Of a DNA stretch of 64,000 nucleotides, positions 1 through 17,700 are shown piece after piece. The stretch lies in NCBI GenBank assembly GCA_020137815.1, contig CM035357.1:124001-188000 (forward strand), read 5' to 3'. Source of the stretch: Hormiphora californensis (Eukaryota; Animalia; Ctenophora). Numbering within the stretch: position 1 is the stretch's first letter; each line of letters begins with the position of its first letter. Both the position numbers and the translations under genes were made by a program. The notes beneath the pieces are model-generated. The model worked only from the letters and a program-made list of their open reading frames with translations, searched no databases and was not told the DNA's origin.

Positions 1-58
1 TACCTACCCTCGTATTCTAAACCATCCCATAATTCCAAGGTCCTGCCTATATTTTCAG

Positions 59-5414
<5,356 letters not shown>

Positions 5415-6040
5415 GGAGACTTGTTGCAGGGATATAAACAGCTGGAGAAAAGGATCCTTCGAGAGTTTCCAGATTTTATAGAAAGCTTTATCTAGATCGC
5501 TGTGTGTCTATCACGTGATACCCATATATGGTGTTGCGTAATGTCTATCCATCAGTGTGTTTGGACTGATATGCAGGAATGAGTGTGAGTGCGTTTGGGT
5601 TTCATTTGTTGATTTTAATTGATTTTAACCAAAATTTAGTGTTTAGTTTATAGAGTGTTTTTTTCACTTTCAGAGACAGAGAATTACCGTTTTATTAGTT
5701 TGGGACATTTTGATATGATTTAGAGAGAGCTGCAAATACAATGTTGCAGCAACATAATATGATACGTGTCACTTAGCAGTTTGAATAGAGAGAATGTTTT
5801 AATTTGAAAACTATTTGTAATATCACGTGATGCCCATATATGGTGTTATGTGACGTGTGAGTGTGAATGTATTTGCTATACAGCACCTTTTTGTGCGATC
5901 CTTTTTTCAATTATATACCCGATAATTATATATAACTTTTATACCGAGATCATCGTGTCTTCTTTCTCTCTGGAACAGTCTCTCCAAGACAAACTAACTT
6001 CTCGTCTATTACCCTCTCCCCTTGCCTTATAGTCAAGAAC

Positions 6041-8989
6041 ATGAAAGTAAAACGGTTGAAACACACAAAGAGGGTGATGGCTTTTTACGAACAGAATTAC
6101 GGATTTAGAAAACCCTACAATATTCTAGTTGATGGTAAGCTAAATATCTCTCTTTTGAAACTCTCTTTTGTGTCAGGATTAACCACCATGTTTTACTAAA
6201 ACTCTCATAATACTTCTCCCAGGTACCTTCACCCTTGCAGCTCTAAAAGGCCAGGTAGATATCCTAGTACTAACTCCCCTCTTCTCCCAGGTACCTTCAC
6301 CCTTGCAGCTCTAAAAGGCCAGGTTGACATCCTAGTACTAACACCCCTCTTCTCCCAGGTACCTTCACCCTTGCAGCTCTAAAATGCCAGGTAGATATCC
6401 TAGTACTAACTCCCCTCTTCTCCCAGGTACCTTCACCCTGGCAGCTCTAAAAGGCCAGGTAGATATCCTAGTACTAACTCCCCTCTTCTCCCAGGTACCT
6501 TCACCCTGGCAGCTCTAAAAGGCCAGGTAGATATCCTAGTACTAACTCCCCTCTTCTCCCAGGTACCTTCACCCTTGCAGCTCTAAAAGGCCAGGTAGAT
6601 ATCCTAGTACTAACTCCCCTCTTCTCCCAGGTACCTTCACCCTTGCAGCTCTAAAAGGCCAGGTAGATATCCTAGTACTAACTCCCCTCTTCTCCCAGGT
6701 ACCTTCACCCTTGCAGCTCTAAAAGGCCAGGTAGATATCCTAGTCCAGGTAGCTAAGTATCTGGGAGGTGATATACAGGTAGCCACTACTCACTGTGCAC
6801 TAAGAGAGTGTTATCAACTCGGACCTACACTATCAGGTAATGTGAGGGCTGGGCAGGGCTGGGGGTTGACCCTATGAGGTCTGGGAGGTGATCAGATAAA
6901 GTAATAATAAAGGGCTGGGGGTTCTACACAATCAGGTGAATGAGTTGTTATGGAAGTGAGTGCTCTTTGTTAAGGACGACATAGGAACCTGAGATACGCT
7001 ATATCCCTCGCTATGTGTGTACTCTTCAGAACCCCATCCTGTATCATATTACATCATAACTCTACACTGCAGCCCAGGCTGAAGATAGGGTGTTATGTCA
7101 TCACTATGTTATGCTATGATGTCACTAGACATCGCTAATGTTGCTGTGACTTCACTGTTAAAATCTCTCATCCAGGTCTACACTCATATGGCAGCTCCCT
7201 ATCCCCTCTTAGTTAGAGAGTCTAGACAGTGTGTATAACAGTATTATGACACTAACACTAACCCTCATGTGCACACTGCAAATGTATCTACCCCCCCCCC
7301 CCCCCCCATTACAGGTGCCCACAAGATATTGAAGAAGTTCAAGAGACACAAGTGTGGTCACGAGAACAGTGCCCTGGCAGCGGGGGATTGTTCTCGTGAC
7401 CCCCCCCCCCCCCCCCCCGGCCCCCCTCCCCCACACACAACCCCCCCATCCAGGTGCCCACAAGATATTAAAGAAGTTTAAGAGGCACAAATGTGGCCAC
7501 GAGAACAGTGCCCTGGCAGCGGGGGATTGTATTAGAGCGATGGTAGGAGAAGGGAATAAGGAACATTATCTAGTTGCCACACAGGATAAGGATTTGATAC
7601 AGGAGTTACGTGAACAATCAGGTATGTGTGGAACTATTAGGGACATGATGTGGTATTGACATGGGGTGTGGGAGTATTGGTCATGTTTTAACAATCAATC
7701 TTACTTTACTTTTCTTTACAGTTTAACATCCCCGATTCCGTTTGTTTCTAACCCCCCCCCCACCCTCCTACCCAGGTATTCCTCTAATGTATATAAGTGG
7801 ATGTACACTATTCCTTGAATCACCCTCCTACCAATCCCGTGGTGATGCGGAGGTGAAGCTGAAAAACCAGGATCTACTATCTGAATTTGAAAAGGTACTG
7901 AGATGAGAAACAATGGGGCCTCTTTTTCTCTCCTCAGCGTAGTTGTTAGTCTTATACCCACTCGTGTTATACCATTGAGGTTCTCCTTCCAGCCCCTTTA
8001 CATTGCAGCTCTATATTTGCATAATAACGCACATGCACAGTTACTGTCACTAAACAGTGTGTGTGTGTGGGGAGGGGGGGGGGAGGGGGAGGTGAGCTGT
8101 CCCTTCTTGTTAAATACACAGTGGTGTAATGATGGCCCCTGGTAGGTACCCTCCTCTGTTAAATCTCTCTACCCCCTCTCTTCTTCCCTCTCACAGACAA
8201 TAAAAGCATCGTTATATTTCTGGCAACTCCACTGTCTTCCACTCTCTCCTCCTCTCCTCCCCTCACTCATACCTCTTTAGATTGCCTTGCGTATGTAAAT
8301 TTTAAACTCTGATACAAAGACATTCCATCTCACTCTCCCTACTCTCCCTCTATGTCCCTCTCTCTCTCTTCCCTCTCCCTCATGGATCATTCAGGAACAA
8401 GTTCATACTGTATACAATCCTTTGTGTGTGCACTTGATATGTAGCACCCCCCTGATCCTCTACACACGTGCACTTGATATATGTAGCGGGTAGCCCCCCC
8501 CCCCGATATGCAGTAATCATGTGCATGTGATACTTGTACATTTTAGAATGTTCATGAATATGAACGCACTGTAAGAGAAACATTTGTAGGAGACACGTAG
8601 TGGAGAGAGATGTTACACTGTTTTGTAATGTGACTGTCAGAACCTCGTGTACATATTTTGTGAGAATTAATTGGTCCGATTAAAAATTAATTGTATCAGC
8701 TGCCCCGAATTACATTCCTCGCCTCAGTAAATCTAAGCTAACCTCTGGTCTCTACTTACAATTCCTCTTCCCCCAGGAGACCATAAAACAGTTGAAGGCA
8801 GAGCGAGGGGAGGGGGAGGACAAGAAGCTGAATAGAAAACGGAAGAGACCAAAAGGGCCTAATCCCTTGTCTTGCAAAAAGAAGAAGAGTGACGGTACAC
8901 AGATAAAGAAGAAGAAGAAAAAGAAAGTGAAATCAGACAATGATGCAGCTTCGCAATCACTTGAAACAGTGACTGCTGAAGCTTCCTGA
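6041..8989 (+). CDS. UTP23: rRNA-processing protein UTP23 (PIN-like, SSU processome), 5 exons
   Basis: Exons 6041-6134, 6699-6836, 7454-7621, 7776-7894 and 8777-8989, all GT-AG and in phase. Protein MKVKRLKHTKRVMAFY..GFRKPYNILVDGTF..TTHC..KCGH..DCI..HYLVATQD..GIPLMYI..RKRPKGPNPLSCKKKK matches the UTP23 signature motifs. Confidence 0.93.
6210..6745 (+). repeat. 68-bp tandem array (8 copies) of the UTP23 intron1/exon2 acceptor junction
   Basis: Exon-start copies at 6223, 6291, 6359, 6427, 6495, 6563, 6631 and 6699. Only the last continues into the rest of exon 2. Confidence 0.95.
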
Positions 8990-9099
8990 TTGCAGGGGAG
9001 AGTGAGGGGGTTTAATTTATTACACATGTTTTTATTGTTCAGGGCCTGCTCAGTTAAATGTTAATTGACAGTCAGTGTTAGTGGGGTTGTGTTATGTAG

Positions 9100-9260
9100 C
9101 ATACTAAAGCTAGTGAGCTCCATGCCGCTCCATGTAGTATGTGTTAGGTTGTGTTAGGTTATTTAGCATGACTAGTGAGCTCCATCAATCCATGTAGTAT
9201 GTGTTAGGTTGTGTTAGGTTATTTAGCATGACTAGTGAGCTCCATGCCGCTCCATGTATT
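9100..9260. repeat. Short tandem duplication (~3 imperfect copies of ctagtgagctccat..ccatgta) downstream of UTP23
   Basis: Visible repeated tagtgagctccat and gtgttaggtt blocks. Confidence 0.75.
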
Positions 9261-9657
9261 AACTGATGTGAACAGACCTCCATCGACCATCATGTAGTAT
9301 GTGGATTGTTTTAACAGTCCCCCATGTTTACCTTCGTACTTTTTCCGCATAACGAGAAAAGAGAGCGAGACACAGAGACAGAGAGACACAGAGAGACTAA
9401 GAAAGAGGGGAGGGAAAACCCCAAGGTGTGTATAAAAGGTTTGACCTATGTATTGTGTTGTAGGTGTGTACAATTTGGGTATTGAGGGGTATCTGCCACC
9501 ACACCTCCTTCCATTATATTTACACACTTTGAGCGTTCGTACTGTTGCGAATGAGTTCCATATGCTGTGTGATAAATGTCAAATAACGAGAGAAGGGAGG
9601 AGAAGGAATAAAGAGAGAGAGAGAGAGAGAATAAAGAGAAAGTAAGAGAGATTGAGT

Positions 9658-9693
<36 letters not shown>

Positions 9694-9807
9694 ACCTGAT
9701 GGTTGAGGTCCCACTCTGTAATCATCGTATCATCTTACCACTCCTACAATTTCATCATTTGCTTTACACACACACACACACACTTTCTCTCTCTCTATCT
9801 ATCTCTT

Positions 9808-9839
<32 letters not shown>

Positions 9840-11260
9840 CCCTCTTCTCTTTCTCGCTCTCTTCTCTCCGTCTCCCCTCTCGCTGCCTCCTCGCTCGTCT
9901 CTCTCTCATCAAGTCTCCGTCTCTTCTCGCTTGTCCTCTCGTCGTCTCTTATCCTTGGTGTGGCAAGCGATCAGTCGAGCGGCGCACTGTAGGGTGTCTA
10001 ACTTATACTCTCCTGGCTCAGCTCCTGTGTCAAGGGGTTCTGCTCTCTCTCTCATTTCTCTTCATATTTCCCCCCCCACCCCATTTTCCCATCCCCATCC
10101 CTGTCCCATACGGATATGTTGGTCCCTCACTAGCATAATATTCATCAGTGAGTGTGTGTAGGGATCAAGGACGAGAAGGTATCATTCGATATTTCAAACT
10201 TGACCCGGGAGTGATCCGTCCCGCGTCTTCCCCTATTGCTAGTTTTCAGGCCTGTCTTTTGGAGAAAGTAAAGTTATCGTGCGCTGTACACGAGGTTAGT
10301 CGCGCGCGCGCAGACCGAACTGGAGGCCTGCACCGACTCAATTGAGCTGCAGTACACACGTTTACTAAATCGGTAATATCTGATATTTGTTGACCTGTTA
10401 TCAGTTTTATATTTGTTTTATTTGACTTGCAATACGAGGTGTATTCGATTTGTATCCGACTAGCTCTAGGAGGCTGCAGCTGTTTGGCAATGGCAGAACA
10501 GGAATGATCTCACTGGTCACTGTGAGTGTCATGTGAGCGAGACAGGGAACATATTTCACTTTGTCCGACCAGCCATTGACCGCGAACACACACAGAGGGT
10601 GTGACAAGTGACATGCCAAAGAGGGAGACTATTGTCTTGCCAATCTGGGAAGTTCTCTCCCTGTTTGAACTTGAAGCAGAACTAAATATAATAGAAGGTT
10701 GTCTGCTCTTCTCACCAGATCTTGGCCAGACAGATTTTCTTCACAGGCAGCGTCTGAATACCTCACTACTAGTTAACTGCATTGCAATATGCATATCCAT
10801 TAAGTGTAATACTCAGACTAGTAACGATATAATTGCATAATTGCAGTTGCTGCTCCTTGCATGCAGGTTGCAGGTTGGCTGCGCAGTTTCAGTGCAGCAC
10901 ACAGAACTGCACTGGCTCCTTCACAACGCGCGCCAAATGTTGGGATTCTTTCGTCAGCTGGGGCACTTCGCGCGCTTACGCAAAGTCACTTATTGTTTAC
11001 CGTTTTGTCCAAGTTCACCCTTTGCAGTTGTGACCGGAAGAGATATAATGAGGTAAGGGGGGTGATAACTGAAGACTCATTCTTCCCTTTCTCTTCATCA
11101 AGCTTTAGAAAAGAAATGAAAAGTATACTATTTTGGTTAAATAATCATAATCTTTGTACATAATAAATTACACACGCTATATAACACATCTCGGATTTCT
11201 GATCTGGCCTAAAAATAAAGATCTCTTCTCTCTCCCAGTCCCGCTGGTGCAACTTTCTAT

Positions 11261-11274
11261 GTTACCATGGTAAC
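11261..11274. promoter_or_regulatory. Perfect palindromic RFX X-box GTTACCATGGTAAC just past the BBS2 stop codon
   Basis: Exact match to the established X-box consensus. Function is inferred. Confidence 0.55.
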
Positions 11275-11280
11275 AACTTT

Positions 11281-11500
11281 TTAACCAGCTCCACTTTCGA
11301 TCACTTTAAATAGTTTTTCAACATCGTTCTGTTTGATAGCTTCCCGGGAGGCTGTCACGACTTGTGTCTTGGGTTTCCCAACACGTAATCTTCCTGCCTT
11401 AGTTATAGCCTGGGGTGTGCGTGTGTTATTACATGAATGTTAAAATACCTGTCATCTCTATCTCTCCCCCTCTCTCTCTCACTCTCTCTCTCTCTCTCTC

Positions 11501-11559
<59 letters not shown>

Positions 11560-11628
11560 CCTCTCTCTCTCGTCTCTCTCTCTCCTCTCTCTCTCTCCTC
11601 TCTCTCCTCTCTCTCTCTGCTCATCTCC

Positions 11629-11670
<42 letters not shown>

Positions 11671-11682
11671 CTTCTCTCTCTC

Positions 11683-11733
<51 letters not shown>

Positions 11734-14700
11734 TGCGTGTACCTGATTGACAATCCGGAGACAGGAGAGCAACTCTGTGTGATTGTTGCATCGAATATTA
11801 TAGCCGTTCACCAGATCCCTGCGAAAAACATTAATTACATGATAGAAAGAAGGGGAGAGAGAAAGAGAGAGAGAGGGAGAGAGAGAGAGAGAGAGAGAGG
11901 GAGAGAAAGAGAGAGATAGTTGAAAGTACAATGTCATTGAAATAGACCGATTAGTTTTTAATAAAATCTCACTTTTGGCCAGTACTATCACACCCTTGTG
12001 TAACCCCAGCACTACCACTTGCGACTTCCTGACTCACCCCTCTCTGACCTCTCTTTTATACCACTCTTACTCTCTTTTATATCCCTTCCCTCTTTAACCA
12101 CTCTTACTCTCGTAAGCCCTCTTACTCTCTTTCCACTCCACTGCTCGTGTGCTTTGTTATACCCTATTCCCATATTATTATCACTTAGCTTAGAATCGCA
12201 CTACATATCTCTCTCATTCCTTTAATCACACAATGCATATCTCTCTCATTCCATTTGTTACCCCCAGACTCCCCTTCTTGTCTAAGTAACTCAAGCGTAA
12301 AGTAGTATCTCTCATTAGTAGAGACTGTTATAGAGTAGCTAAATAGCATAGTAACATCCCATCTAGTCTTAACAGTTTCCTAGAATCAGAACCGTGATGT
12401 TGTGAAAGAAAACAGCTGACTTTTTGGGGCCTTACAGCTTGATACTTGAGCCATTTATCACCCCATTTCCCCTTCCTCTCCCATATAAAGAGGGACCGAG
12501 CAATGTTAATTTCTCACCTGTTAAGATCGAATAACTTCAGATAACATTGTTTCATGCCATTCATATCATACATCAATCTCGAATCCTCCCCTCTCACAAC
12601 TAGAGATCTGATCAGGTTGGAGTGATCTGCCATTTCAGCAGTTAGCTTCTGCCGCACTGTGTGGTAGTCGTCCACCTTGAGCAGGACCTGAAGGAGGGTA
12701 GGAGGGGGTTAGTATTGGGGTTTGTGGAGTACCCCGCAGTGGGGTCTAAAAACTGGAGAATCGGAGTGCAATAGAGAGAAATGATGGCTCTACCAGTGTT
12801 TGAGCAATATAAGTAAAGTGTCTGAGTGTTTGAGTAATTAACTAAACAAGTTCTATAAATATGAAGAAATCTCATCAAGATTGGCCTACTCAATATTATA
12901 GAACATGGCCATATATAACAGTATAATACTACGACAAACATGAACGATCTTAAAACACGTGTTATGATGTTCTAATGAATCAACAATATATCGCTGAGAT
13001 CAACCATTCACGGTGTTCTGATTGAAACTGACATTCATTCAGTGCAGGATGAATATGATTGGATATTTATAAAACTAGGATGATAGTGGTAAAGTTAATA
13101 CCTTTATAACTGGTTTCAGAATTCTACACAGGTATATATATGGCCAATATAATAATTGAATTGCCATTAGTTTTCAAATCATTACTTACATCTCGGAGGT
13201 TATTGGTAAAGGAGGGATAGACGGCTGTTGATTGTAGGTTTTCTATGTTTAGAGAGCTTGCCAGCGCCTGGACTATATCCCCAACCAGATCTATATCCTC
13301 ACAGTGAATTGATAATGTTCCTAGAAAGGGGAGGGATGTTATTGATAGTGTTCCTAGAAGGAGGGATGTGGTGTTAAAACATGTAAAGGAGGGATGTGAA
13401 CACGTTTCATGTCAGTAAAACAGCTGGATAGATGCCCGGCTGGTTTCCTACAACAACCTAGAACCGTGGGAACCCCGCCGAACAATGTGTTTTTTGACGG
13501 CTGGTTTTCTAAAATACTAACCCGGTACCATGCGGATAAATAGGGGAGAACCAGTTCTGAGGGCCACCAGTCTAACGTCTAGCTCCTGCTGTGCTGTCAA
13601 CTGAGGAGGGGGGGGTTAGTTGGAGTTATGGGAGTAGGTGGAGGAAACAGGGAAAGTTAGGGGGTGGGATTAGGGGGAGTTAAGGAGTTCCGTAAAGTAT
13701 GCAAAGATACCAGTACCAGCCCTTAAATTACTATGCGTGTAGCTAGCGAGTAAACTGAGTTTAGAGAGAGAGAGAGTTTGTCAGAGAGATATTTAAACAT
13801 CTGTTTAAATGAAGTAAACCGTCTCCGATTTCACAAGATTCACATGACTCCCTCTTGGCATATATCACCCCAAATTCACCAGACTACCTGGCATTCCACA
13901 ACAACTCATTACCAAAATATTAGACAGTTGCTGGCATTCCACAACTCATTAGTCATTACCACAATATCAGACAGTTGCCAAAGAAATCAAAACCTATTCT
14001 CCCTCTCAAGAACATCAAACTAAATTGAAATAAACAAGAACATCAAGGGACAGCACAACATATTATTACCTCTTCATCTAACAGAAAGTTTTGGTTGATC
14101 CACATTACGACCCTATTAATCCTCTCTGTTATTGCAAATGTAACATATGACTCAGGTGTGGGGGGGGTGTCGTGGGGGGTATAAACGTGGGGGAAACGGG
14201 GGTAGTTGCCGGGGAAATTTCAAACAAAAACTGGGTACGTTTTGACCCTGGAATAATGGATTAGTTTTGTATTTTAGTAGAGAAAGGTTTTTAAATTTAA
14301 GTTATTTTTTTAGTAGTTTTATATTTTTATTCGAGAATTTAGGATAGATGGTAGTAAAATTTGTAAGGTTAAGAGGGTTTAGATTAAAAACTCGTCAGGA
14401 TATAGATTTTTAGAGGTTCCCCCAATAAACCCGAAAAGTAGAGATATAGTGTTAAAAATTTATTACTTCTTTTTAAAAAGTACAGAATTTAAAGTTCACA
14501 AGACCCAATACCGTACGTGTTTTAGAGCAGGGTGATACTACAGATACCCCATTTTATGTTTGGGCCCCATAATGATCAAAGGTGTGGCTGGGGGATTCCA
14601 AACCCCTCATTCCAAAAGTAACATATTGGGCTCACAGTCTAGAGGACCCTCTCTCACTGCTTAAAAAGGTAATTGATCAACAGAAACGTTTTTACTCATT

Positions 14701-17700
14701 TGCGCCCCACCAAACATGTAAGAAAGGGTTAAACAAACTACCGAAAAGTCTTACGTGAGATCATTGGGGGATCTTTTGGGGGGAAGAGGGAACTGATAAG
14801 GGGAGGATAGGGGGCCGTAGGGGGTGGAAAAACATGACTCTCACCATTTTAATATCCTTCTGCGAAATATCACGCCCGAAGGGGAGGTATTTTAAAATAG
14901 AAGGGGGAGAGGGGGGTTGGTTCTTTAAAGGGAAAGAGGCCGGGGAAGGGAGTTTAGGAGATGAATTATGTAAAAGGGGCGTCAAAAGGTTTTTTAAAAA
15001 TTTGGTCTGTGAATAACAATAAGTCCCCCCCCGCCGGTTAACAGTCAAAAATTAAAATTGGGGCCTTGTACATGAACAAAAAATAGTTACCCGGTTCGAA
15101 AACTTAAAACACGATTTAATGTAAAATTTTACAATAATTTACGGTTTTTTGGAAAAAAAAAAAAAAAGATTTTCTAAGGGGTGTTTGGTTAAAAAAACGG
15201 GGTTAATGTGAACTGTGAAGGGAGGGGGGGTTTGGTTGTTTTTGTTGGGGGTTTAGTTGGGGGCTGGGGTCACACCCATTTGTTCCCGGGCTGTTGGAAC
15301 CCAAAATTTATCCCCCTGCAGGGGGGGGGGGGGGGGGGAGGGGGCGGGGGGGTTAGTAATTAGGGAGATATATGTGATAACTACATAAATATATCTAACC
15401 AGGATACGAGGTAGTTAGGCGAGGAAGTGGGGGCAGTGGTTAGTGGCAGTGCTGAGTGCGAGGAAGTGGTTAGTTTGCGACCTGCGTGGCGGTTCGGGGA
15501 AGAGTAATGAATCAGTGTATTAAGCGGACGAGAGAGAGAGAGGGAGAAAGAAAGAGATAGGCGCAATAGCAGTACTATAATGTACGTAACTTTCGTCTGT
15601 CCAATACGAAAGTCAGGAAGAGATGCAGTAAAAATAGCGGCTAATCTGAGTCATGTAGAGCAGTGCATTATTCTGAATATAATAATACCTTTACAGCACC
15701 ATGTTACTATGGTAACTATGGTAACTATATGGTACCTATGGTAACCATGGTAACTAAGCTATGGTAACTATGTTAACTATGGTAACTAAGATATGGTAAC
15801 TATATGGTACTTATGGTACGTATGGTAACCATGGTAACTAAGCTATGGTACTAACTATGTTAAATATGTTAACTATGGTAACTATATGGTACCTATGGTA
15901 CCTATGGTAACTATGGTACCTATGGTAACTATGGTAACTATGTTAACCATGGTAACTAAGCTATGTTAACTATGGTAACACTAACCTGGACCTCTTTCCC
16001 TGCCATAGTGTTAACAGAGTAATTCTTTAGTTCCAACATCAGATTGTTCTTTCGTTGCTCCAGTTCTCTTAGTAGATCCTGTTCAGCGCTAGATTCCAAA
16101 AGGTTGTGACTGCTTTCCTTGTTGGAGGGGGAGTAACCTCGCACCTAGAGGGGGAACACAACTTAGTAACCATGGTAACTAGGGGAAACCAGTTACTGTT
16201 ACTACTGTAGTAACGAGGTTCGAGGAAGTTGAGAAGAGAGAAGATAGCCGGCCTGCAAGATTCTTTATTAATACTTTTTGACAGCTCGATGGTTTAGTGT
16301 TTCGAGATCTCCTTCAAATATCTAGAAGATTCTGTCTTCCAACTAAACAGTCACGCTGTCCGATATAAGCTGTCAGGCCAATGCTCTACTAGGGAATCTG
16401 ATCTACTGGCGGCGCTTCGGACAACCTTCCTCGTTAGAAACAGCTGCAGAATTCTTGTGGGATTTAATCAGAATCAGGATCACCCCAATACTCTGACATT
16501 GTTTCATAGAACTAACTGATAGGTTCCATTTCCATGAATCTGAGATGGCCAATGTAGAGGACCACCCAGTAATAACCAGCTGCAGTAGATCTAGGAACAG
16601 CTGGGCAGACCGAAAATGGAATTGTGTCCATGCTAGTAGAAAGGGGCACTGGCCCATGCAATATGTATGCTGCATATAATATGTAATCACGGTCCTCACA
16701 GATTCGGGGGGGGGGGGGGAGTGATTCGTTAGAACTGTAATATGTTGAAACAGTTCTCTCTCTTTCAGCTAGTACATTTATAATCCTCCTCCAGGAAATA
16801 TGTATACTTCTCTCCAATGTTACTTTCCAATCACATGTACACCCCAGCTCCTTGCACAATTCCAGAAACATATCTTACACTAATCCTCGACCAGTCCAGC
16901 ACCTCCTAAATCCACGCTATAGAGACACCATGATTCCATGGTAACGAAAGGGGGGGGGTCTACACTCTACATTGCATGTTTCCATGGTGACGGGGTCTAC
17001 ATGTTTCCATGGTGACGGGGTCTACATACCTCTCCATCGACACTGCAGGTGATAAGTTGGTTGTGTCCATCTCTCCTGTAATCCCCCTCTACAATCCCAG
17101 CTATGGCACAGTTGAAATTATCCTTGAAGACAACCTGCAGGGGAATCAAGTGTGAGATGAAAACTACACGTGGAACTATATATTGAATGCTTTTTGGTAA
17201 ATATTACCAGACATGGTTTAGGCAACACAAGTATGAGTGTGATTTGAGGGCACCTGAACCTGCACAATGTTGGATTGATGATTAACCTGAACATTTTGGA
17301 TACATTTTGGATTGGTGATGTGAACAGTACACGTTTCAGGCCTGTGTGAAAAGCAAAACTCATTCATTAAAAGAGAGAACGGAGTGAAAATTTCCAAGAA
17401 TAAATATGCGGAAAATAATATTTGATTTGATTCAAACAGCCTGGTAAATCACCCCAGTAAACGCATATCTAATTGCTTAAGATTAGACCCCAGTCTACAC
17501 ACAGATCTCTAATTATTTCTAAAGATTAGACCCCAATTTGACACGTCATAATCTCTCTAGACCCCAGTACACACATCTCTAGTTCACATATCTCTTTGGG
17601 CACGTCGTGCTATCTCCTGTACGTGGCCAACGTATCTCTAGAGTCTAGACCCCGGTGGTACTGACCACTGTATGGTTGTATGTGCTGTTAACAGTTGAAT

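Noticed and set aside
9990-11060. Cluster of short ORFs between UTP23 and BBS2
   Set aside because: No recognisable domains or consistent exon chain; possibly a decayed element.
16230-16871. Short ORFs in a BBS2 intron
   Set aside because: No motif recognised and the frames are interrupted by stops.
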